Positions 57,779-64,000 of a DNA stretch of 64,000 bases are shown here, piece after piece; position 1 is the stretch's first letter; each line of letters opens with the position of its first letter. The DNA comes from Bacteroidota bacterium. Its GTDB lineage: Bacteria; Bacteroidota; Bacteroidia; Bacteroidales; VadinHA17. The DNA is taken from assembly GCA_029547705.1 (NCBI GenBank), contig JAKPOU010000001.1:71437-135436 (forward strand). The letters are read 5' to 3'. A program made the translations under genes and the position numbers. Below the pieces are notes generated by a model that was given only the letters and a program-made list of their open reading frames with translations, was not told where the DNA came from and did no database searches.

Positions 57779-58663
57779 ATGGCCAGAAGAAAATGTACAA
57801 AAATTGTCAGGGGGCAGAATGCCGTTGACGGTGCGGGTGTCCGCCTGAGGAGGGTTCTGGGGATCAGAACAATAAAAGAATTCGATCCCTTTCTTATGCT
57901 TGACGGCTTTGATTCGGATGATCCCCGCGATTACATGAATGGCTTTCCATGGCATCCCCACAGGGGAATTGAAACGGTCACCTACCTGCTGGAAGGTGAA
58001 ATTGAACATGGGGACAGTCTGGGAAACAGCGGCGTCATAGGCGGGCTGCAGTGCCAGTGGATGACCGCCGGTTCTGGTATCATTCACCAGGAAATGCCGA
58101 AGGAATCCGACAGGTTGCTGGGATGCCAGCTCTGGGTAAACCTCCCGGAAAAGGATAAAATGACCCGGCCTGCATACCGGGATATAAAACAGGAAGATGT
58201 GCCGGTGATAAGCGAAAAAAATGCAGGCATCAGAGTCCTGTCCGGTAATTACAGGGGCCACGGGGGCGCGGTAAAAAGAGAATATGTAAAAGTGCAGTAT
58301 CTTGATGTGTCACTGGATCCCGGCACAGTATGGAGCTACCGGGAAACTCCCAATAATCAGACATTGTTTCTTTACCTGATCAGCGGAACCCTTGCTGCTG
58401 ATGAAAACCTTGAGGAGTATGAGGAGAAGGCCTGTGCAATGCTGATGACTGCCACTTCAGAAAGTGAAGCGGAAAATGATGAAGTGAGGGTAAAATCGGG
58501 CGCAGATGGTGCAAGGTTCCTGCTGATCGCCGCAAAACCGCTGAATGAGCCGGTTGCATGGGGAGGTCCGATAGTAATGAACACACGGGAAGAACTTGAC
58601 CTGGCTTTCAGGGAACTTGACAACAATACCTTTATCAAGCATGAAAAGCCGCAGGAGTTATGA
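57779..58663 (+). CDS. Pirin family protein
   Basis: DPFLMLD, HPHRGIETVTY, HGDS.GN, WMTAGSGIIHQEMP. Confidence 0.93.
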   Translation: MARRKCTKIVRGQNAVDGAGVRLRRVLGIRTIKEFDPFLMLDGFDSDDPRDYMNGFPWHPHRGIETVTYLLEGEIEHGDSLGNSGVIGGLQCQWMTAGSGIIHQEMPKESDRLLGCQLWVNLPEKDKMTRPAYRDIKQEDVPVISEKNAGIRVLSGNYRGHGGAVKREYVKVQYLDVSLDPGTVWSYRETPNNQTLFLYLISGTLAADENLEEYEEKACAMLMTATSESEAENDEVRVKSGADGARFLLIAAKPLNEPVAWGGPIVMNTREELDLAFRELDNNTFIKHEKPQEL

Positions 58664-58783
58664 TTTATCATGAACCTGGCACAAGCGCTCCGGCATGCGG
58701 ACGATATGGTTCAGAAGCCGGTTCTCTCCTTCTGATGGTCATGTATTAAACAGGAGTGAGACGCCGGATGTCAGGCAGTCATC

Positions 58784-59305
58784 CTACGGCAGGGTATAGG
58801 GGGTCATGGTCCAGAATTCTCCCTGGTAATAATGCCATACGGTATCCATGCCTGTAGGAAGATGATGCTCAATATAGTCGCTCCTGATAACTATCCTGTC
58901 ATATTTAATCTCTTTTTCAAAGAGCTTCATGATAATTCCCCTGCTGTATGAAAAGACATAAAGGAAGGATGTAGCCCTGAAATCATTTACTACAACCAGC
59001 TCCATATCACCGTCGGAATTAAAGTCAAACTCGGATATTGTAAGTCTGGTAATATCATCTCCCACAGGTTGTCTCAGCTTCCTGTCCTTATATTGTATCT
59101 CAAAAAAACAAACATTCTGCTCACATCCCACGCTTACCAGCTCTCCCGAAGTAAGCTTGCCCGTGGCTTTCATAGCATCCTTCTTCACAGTAAGGATGAG
59201 ATTCCTGTAATCGGCAAATGTAACATCTGATTCTGCCTTCTGCCCGGCAAGAACGGCGGAAAGCAACAGGAAAACAACAGCTGCTGCATGTCTCATGGCA
59301 AACAA
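58784..59305 (-). CDS. Hypothetical secreted protein
   Basis: Signal peptide and one DFNSDG.MEL (FG-GAP-like) motif. Confidence 0.7.
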   Translation of the reverse strand: MFAMRHAAAVVFLLLSAVLAGQKAESDVTFADYRNLILTVKKDAMKATGKLTSGELVSVGCEQNVCFFEIQYKDRKLRQPVGDDITRLTISEFDFNSDGDMELVVVNDFRATSFLYVFSYSRGIIMKLFEKEIKYDRIVIRSDYIEHHLPTGMDTVWHYYQGEFWTMTPYTLP

Positions 59306-59573
59306 GATTAGTAAATACGCTAAAAGTTCAAGTTATCCTGGCAATTCTCTCCTCAGAAATTCCAGAAAGCTCTCAAGATAAGAAATTTAAATTAAATATG
59401 TTCCAACAGGTCAGCAGAATAAATATTACAATGTTCCCGGCGGCCCCGCATGAATGCCCGAAATTCTGTAAAAGCCGGAAAACAGCGGTTCTGCAAATGT
59501 GATTCCGGCTTTGCTATAAATCATATGGAATTGTCTTTTTTGTTTCGTGGAAAAGATTATTTTTGCGAACGTT

Positions 59574-59587
59574 TGAACAGTTGCTCA
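59574..59587. promoter_or_regulatory. SmtB/CzrA-type operator
   Basis: TGAACAGTTGCTCA matches the smtA operator core TGAACAGTTATTCA at 12/14. It lies just after TATTTTTG (59558-59565). Confidence 0.7.
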
Positions 59588-59600
59588 TATATAAAAATAA

Positions 59601-59966
59601 ATGAAGGATAAAAAGCCGGATCATACTGAAGATGAATATATCGAGAGCAGCAAGGTGAAGTCTGTGATGAGCAGGATGAAATCAGACAGGTGTTTTCATG
59701 ATATGGCTGAAACATTCAGGGCAATGAGTGATCCGACGAGGGTAAAGATCATATTTGCTCTTTGCGAGGAAAAGGAATTATGCGTCAGTGATATAGCTTC
59801 CATAATCGCTTCATCAAAATCCGCAACATCGCATCATCTCAGGACACTGCGGAACATGAAGCTCGTCAAGTACAACAAGGTGGGGAAGATAGCATTCTAT
59901 TCGCTTGACGACATACATATAAACAACCTCTTTGAAGAGGGATTGAGACACGTTGAAGAAAAATAA
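59601..59966 (+). CDS. ArsR/SmtB family metal-sensing repressor
   Basis: SDPTRVKI, ELCVSD, SHHLR.LR, alpha5 site D-x-H-x10-H-x2-E. Confidence 0.92.
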   Translation: MKDKKPDHTEDEYIESSKVKSVMSRMKSDRCFHDMAETFRAMSDPTRVKIIFALCEEKELCVSDIASIIASSKSATSHHLRTLRNMKLVKYNKVGKIAFYSLDDIHINNLFEEGLRHVEEK

Positions 59967-59979
59967 CATCTGTTTTAAT

Positions 59980-60225
59980 ATGGATACCTCAGGAAAACCC
60001 AGGAGTTTGATTGATTTGCAGGAAGGTCAGTCTGGCATTGTATTGTCATTAAACGGAGGCCGTAACCTTACCAAACGTCTGGCAGACCTGGGGATGGGGC
60101 CGGGAACAAGGATTACGGTTTTAAGGACTTCCCTGTTTTCAGGTCCGGTACAGGTGGAGGTTACCGGGTCGAAGCTGGTACTGGGCAGGGGCCTGGCATC
60201 AAAAATTCTTGTGGAACCACGATGA
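59980..60225 (+). CDS. feoA: Ferrous iron transport protein A
   Basis: RLADLGMGPG, GPV, LGRGLASKI. Confidence 0.9.
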   Translation: MDTSGKPRSLIDLQEGQSGIVLSLNGGRNLTKRLADLGMGPGTRITVLRTSLFSGPVQVEVTGSKLVLGRGLASKILVEPR

Positions 60226-62156
60226 AAGACAATAAAAGGATCAGTGTTGTGCTTGCCGGTCAGGGCAACACGGGCAAAACATCCATATTCAACTATTATA
60301 CGGGATCGCATCAGCATACCGGGAACTGGGCCGGCAAAACCATAGAGAAGCTTGAGGGGACGCTCTATTACAAGGATTACACAATTGACGTCCTTGATCT
60401 TCCCGGCATTTATTCCCTTACCACCTTATCCGTGGAGGAGCTGATTGCCCGGGAATACATCATAAAGCACAAGCCTGATGTGGTGATCAACATTGTTGAT
60501 GCCACCAATCTGGAAAGGAATCTCATCTTTACCCTTCAGCTGCTTGAACTGGAATGTCCTCTTATCATAGCCCTCAACATGGTGGACATTGCCAAAAAGA
60601 AGGGTATTGAAATCGACACAGGAAAGCTACAGGAAAAGTTTAATGCACCCGTTATTCCGACCATCGCAAAGCGCGGAACGGGCCTGACCGAGCTGATGGA
60701 CAAGGTAATTGAGGTAAAGGAAAACGGGCATGAGCCCGGAATGATCCGCTATGGCAGGGAGATTGAGAGCTGTGTTGATGAATTGTCGGCTGAGCTTAAA
60801 AATACCGGACTTCTTTACTCTGAAAGATGGATTGCCATAAAACTTCTTGAAAAGGACAGCGAGATCACAAATACCATCAGCCAGATAAGGCCTGAACTGA
60901 TTCGAAGAAAAGAGACTCTTGAAAAGAGGCTTGAAGAAATTCACGGGCATGACTCCTCGCTGGTTATTTCGGATGAAAGGAGTCATTATGCCGCGCAGAT
61001 CGTAAGTGAAACAGCAATAATGCGTCCCCACAGGAAATTATCCCTCAGCGACCGGCTGGATATTATCACTACCCATAAATTTGCAGGCTATCTGGTGATG
61101 ATACTCATCGTCGGCGGTATGTTCCTGACAGTTTTCAAACTCGGCAACTGGCTGTCATCGGTTCTGGAAACAGTTTTTTCCAGCTGGCACAACTGGTGGA
61201 TTGCCAGTGTAGGGGAAACATTCCTTGCTTCTTTGAGCTGGTCTGCCATTGAAGGTGTCCTTGCCCTGGTTGAAATTGCCCTTCCCTATATTCTGCCCTT
61301 TTATATAATCCTATATATCCTGGAAGAGTGGGGATACATCGCCCGTATTTCATTTCTGATGGATAATCTTATGCATAAGATTGGTATTCACGGGAAAGGC
61401 TGTATTTCATTCATCATCGGCCTTGGCTGCAATGTTCCCGGCTGTCTTTCCTGCCGGATAATGGAATCCAGGCGTGAACGCTTCCTTACTGCTGTTCTTG
61501 TAACTCTTGTGCCCTGCTCAGCCGTTTCGGTGATTGTATTCGGCCTGGTCGGGAAATATGTGGGCCTCATCTGGGCATTCGGCCTGTATGTGTTTGCAAT
61601 GGTGATAATTTTCATTGCGGGAAAGATATTGTCAAAGCTTCTTCCCGGGGAACCTGTTGAGCTCATCATGCCGATGCCCGATTATAAGAAGCCGCATCTG
61701 AAGGCCATCCTTTACCAGACATGGGATGCATTAAAGGAATTCATCTACATAGCTGCTCCCATAGTTATCATCGCCGGTGTTGTGATTCAGGCCATCAACC
61801 TGGCAGGTTGGATGCCTGCAATATCCCGCTTCATGAGTCCCGTTACCGTTAACTGGCTGGGACTTCCGGCAATAACAGGGATCCTTCTGATATTCGGTAT
61901 TTTAAGAAAGGAGCTCATACTCGTCATGCTGGCAGCATATCTGGGAACAACAGAATTTGCAGAAGTGCTCACTCCGGTCCAGATGATTACCCTTGCCGTG
62001 GTAAGCATGTTCTACGTTCCCTGTATAGCCACAGTATCGGTTCTGTGGAAGGAATACGGATGGAAAAGGGCTCTTGCCGTCACCCTTATTGAAATTCTGT
62101 TCGCAATCCTGCTGGCAGGCCTGGTATACAGGCTTCTCAGTCTATTTGACCTGTGA
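60222..62156 (+). CDS. feoB: Ferrous iron transport protein B
   Basis: GQGNTGKTS, GNWAGKT, DLPGIYSL, LNMVD, GLGCNVP, FYVPCIAT. Confidence 0.95.
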   Translation: MKDNKRISVVLAGQGNTGKTSIFNYYTGSHQHTGNWAGKTIEKLEGTLYYKDYTIDVLDLPGIYSLTTLSVEELIAREYIIKHKPDVVINIVDATNLERNLIFTLQLLELECPLIIALNMVDIAKKKGIEIDTGKLQEKFNAPVIPTIAKRGTGLTELMDKVIEVKENGHEPGMIRYGREIESCVDELSAELKNTGLLYSERWIAIKLLEKDSEITNTISQIRPELIRRKETLEKRLEEIHGHDSSLVISDERSHYAAQIVSETAIMRPHRKLSLSDRLDIITTHKFAGYLVMILIVGGMFLTVFKLGNWLSSVLETVFSSWHNWWIASVGETFLASLSWSAIEGVLALVEIALPYILPFYIILYILEEWGYIARISFLMDNLMHKIGIHGKGCISFIIGLGCNVPGCLSCRIMESRRERFLTAVLVTLVPCSAVSVIVFGLVGKYVGLIWAFGLYVFAMVIIFIAGKILSKLLPGEPVELIMPMPDYKKPHLKAILYQTWDALKEFIYIAAPIVIIAGVVIQAINLAGWMPAISRFMSPVTVNWLGLPAITGILLIFGILRKELILVMLAAYLGTTEFAEVLTPVQMITLAVVSMFYVPCIATVSVLWKEYGWKRALAVTLIEILFAILLAGLVYRLLSLFDL

Positions 62157-63194
62157 TTTCACACTGTGAAAGTACATTGCAAATGACCGGTAAAGGAAGT
62201 GTGTCCACTTGCCGAAAGGTACAATGATCAGGGCCCACTGCACGAGCACGGTCAGATGCAGAAGATAGAGCCACAGATTGTTCTCCAGCCATCCCAGATC
62301 AATGAAGAGGCGTACTGCGAAGGCAGACAATCCCATAAGTACAAGCCATACAACAAACATCCAGTCGGATGCATGAGAGAATCTGCTCACCTCCTTTTTC
62401 TTTCTGATCCGGCCGGAAACAAAATCAATTGTAACAATGAATACAATTGCGCTTACAAGATAACCAAGGATAATCACAAAGAGGCTGCTGCTCGAGAACC
62501 AGTCGAGTACAACCGTGGTAAACAGCAGTGCAAGATAGCCTATCACCAGCAGGAAGTGCTCGAGCCATCTGAAATTATTGTCTTCACAGTCCCTTGCCCT
62601 TTTCTGTGTGAACATGTGTATGAACAGATCGGCTGCCGCTTTGAAATAATTTGCTGCCGGTACCTTTATTCCCGGTTTCAGCATTGTGAACCACCACATC
62701 CTTATCAGGTTGGGAATAAAAATGACCGCAAGAACCGTTCCGATGGCAATCATTTCGAAATAGTGGCCTGCTTTCATTATCTCCGGAAGGTTGAAATCCC
62801 TGGAAGCGCTGAAGGCGATAACGGCTGCTGCTGCCAGTATCATGGCTGTCACCGTTGCCGGAAGGAATCTGTAAAGAAGGCCGGACAGGCCGGTCCAGTC
62901 GTACACTGAGGTAAGCCATCTCCTCAGCGACATCATCAGTTCGCCCGGATTGGCCGTCTGCGGACAGTGTGTGGTACATTCGCCGCAATAGTAACAGAGC
63001 CATGGTTTAAGTGATGATTTAATATCATCTTCCATTCCGAGGACACTGAATCTGACCATTTCCCTGGGAAAGGAATCCTCTTCAGTTGAAAGTGAACAGA
63101 CCGCGGTACAGGTGCCGCAGTTATAACAGGCATTAAAATCAAATCCGCCGTATTTCCTAAGGTCTCTTCCGTATTCAGTATTTATTGAAGCCAT
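62142..63194 (-). CDS. HdrC-like 2x[4Fe-4S] domain fused to a NarI-like membrane domain (QmoC-like)
   Basis: CYNCGTCTAVC, CYYCGECTTHCP, several TM helices, PFGKWTH and other His residues. Confidence 0.8.
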   Translation of the reverse strand: MASINTEYGRDLRKYGGFDFNACYNCGTCTAVCSLSTEEDSFPREMVRFSVLGMEDDIKSSLKPWLCYYCGECTTHCPQTANPGELMMSLRRWLTSVYDWTGLSGLLYRFLPATVTAMILAAAAVIAFSASRDFNLPEIMKAGHYFEMIAIGTVLAVIFIPNLIRMWWFTMLKPGIKVPAANYFKAAADLFIHMFTQKRARDCEDNNFRWLEHFLLVIGYLALLFTTVVLDWFSSSSLFVIILGYLVSAIVFIVTIDFVSGRIRKKKEVSRFSHASDWMFVVWLVLMGLSAFAVRLFIDLGWLENNLWLYLLHLTVLVQWALIIVPFGKWTHFLYRSFAMYFHSVKSQVK

Positions 63195-63472
63195 TATTTC
63201 TTGAGTTTGTAGGAAAAATATTCGTCCATGTCATCTATGTCGCCGGCTTCAACACTGCCGTACTTTACCAGTGTCATCAGGTAAAACATAATTTCATGGC
63301 CGGGTCTGTCAAGTTTTTTTCCAAGTTCATTTACGGTCATATCCTTTTCCTTCAGTGCGCCCAGAATCTCTTTTTTGGCCCTGTTGAATTCCCTGAGCCT
63401 GTCTTTGGCATCCTGTGAAACTTCGCGTTTTTCCCTCAGATACCTGAAGGTTTTTCCCTTTTCTGTTTCCAT
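63194..63472 (-). CDS. Small winged-helix protein
   Basis: MTVNELGKKL...FYLMTLVKYG.V pattern. Confidence 0.7.
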   Translation of the reverse strand: METEKGKTFRYLREKREVSQDAKDRLREFNRAKKEILGALKEKDMTVNELGKKLDRPGHEIMFYLMTLVKYGSVEAGDIDDMDEYFSYKLKK

Positions 63473-63484
63473 GAGCGAGAATGA

Positions 63485-64000
63485 TTATTTTGTTGTCATT
63501 ATCGGATAACTTCCTGCCAGGGCATCTATCATGCTTTCTATCTCCCTGTTTGAATATGCTGTCAGCTCTATTGCATCAACGGGGCAGACGGGAAGGCAAA
63601 TGCCGCATCCCTTGCAAACTGAATTATTTATTTCGGCTATTTCCCTGGTTCCCTTCACTGTTTTCCTTATTGCATCAAAGGGGCAGGCTTCGTAACATGC
63701 TCCGCACCATTCACAGGTTTCCTCATCTATGGTTGCAACTATCGGCTCCATTTCAAGCTCTCCCCTGTTAACCAGGGAAAAGGATTTGACAGCCGCGGAA
63801 AGCGCGGAATTGACTGACTCCGTAATATTTTTCGGACCCTGGCATGCACCGCAGATTATAATTCCGTCAATCACAGTTTCTACCGGCCGCAGTTTCATGT
63901 GTATCTCGTTGAAGAAGCTGTCCCTTCCCTTTGGCAGTTTGAAGAGGGCACCCACCGAATTGTCAGCCCTCGGTACCATTCCGGTAACCAGGACCACAAG
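63485..64000 (-). CDS. C-terminal part of a HdrA/QmoA-B-like flavo-Fe-S protein (5' end outside window)
   Basis: H.KLRPVET..DGI..CGACQGPKNI.ESV and two CxxCxxCxxxC motifs. Frame is open to the window end. Confidence 0.88.
   Translation of the reverse strand, partial: LVVLVTGMVPRADNSVGALFKLPKGRDSFFNEIHMKLRPVETVIDGIIICGACQGPKNITESVNSALSAAVKSFSLVNRGELEMEPIVATIDEETCEWCGACYEACPFDAIRKTVKGTREIAEINNSVCKGCGICLPVCPVDAIELTAYSNREIESMIDALAGSYPIMTTK

Noticed and set aside
1-64000. Many short overlapping antisense or alternate-frame ORFs in the track, and any tRNA, rRNA, IS or integrase
   Set aside because: The short ORFs overlap well-supported genes and lack motifs. No RNA-gene or transposase signatures were recognised by eye.

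Overview
This 64 kb window is gene-dense chromosomal DNA, most likely from an anaerobic Bacteroidales. The evidence is repeated TAnnTTTG -7 promoter elements, AT-rich translation starts without Shine-Dalgarno sites, and lipoprotein signals. I recognised no rRNA, tRNA, IS element, integrase or CRISPR array. In order it holds: pdxH, a ferredoxin and an FNR-like gene; an oxidative/nitrosative stress block (qNOR, Ndh-2, OsmC, orphan GroES, a thioredoxin system, Crp/Fnr, Xth, di-heme peroxidase); acyl-CoA synthetase, a DHOD-like gene and 5'-nucleotidase; a class III metal ABC operon with a NikR-type operator and a TsaA-FmdE fusion; an AT-rich PadR island with attC-like hairpins; pncB/pncA, NarK, a Ddl-like gene and an amino acid permease; and a long metal/Fe-S region (36.8-62 kb). 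The window ends in a Qmo/Hdr-like cluster that runs off the edge. The strongest new signal is a 20-bp palindrome (AAATGAACATATGTTCATTT) found four times next to -7 promoter elements. It links DUF89/radical SAM, DUF5320, DUF134 and an orange-protein-like NifX/Fe-S ATPase/Mrp operon into one candidate regulon. Other leads are a NikR lacking the His89 nickel ligand, two secreted proteins with twin Cys-bearing EF-hand-like loops, a His-rich leader ending in HAPP before an ATPase-less ABC-3 metal system, a repeated ECF promoter motif, and FeoAB under an SmtB-type repressor. All calls come from motif recognition by eye; no database searches were run.
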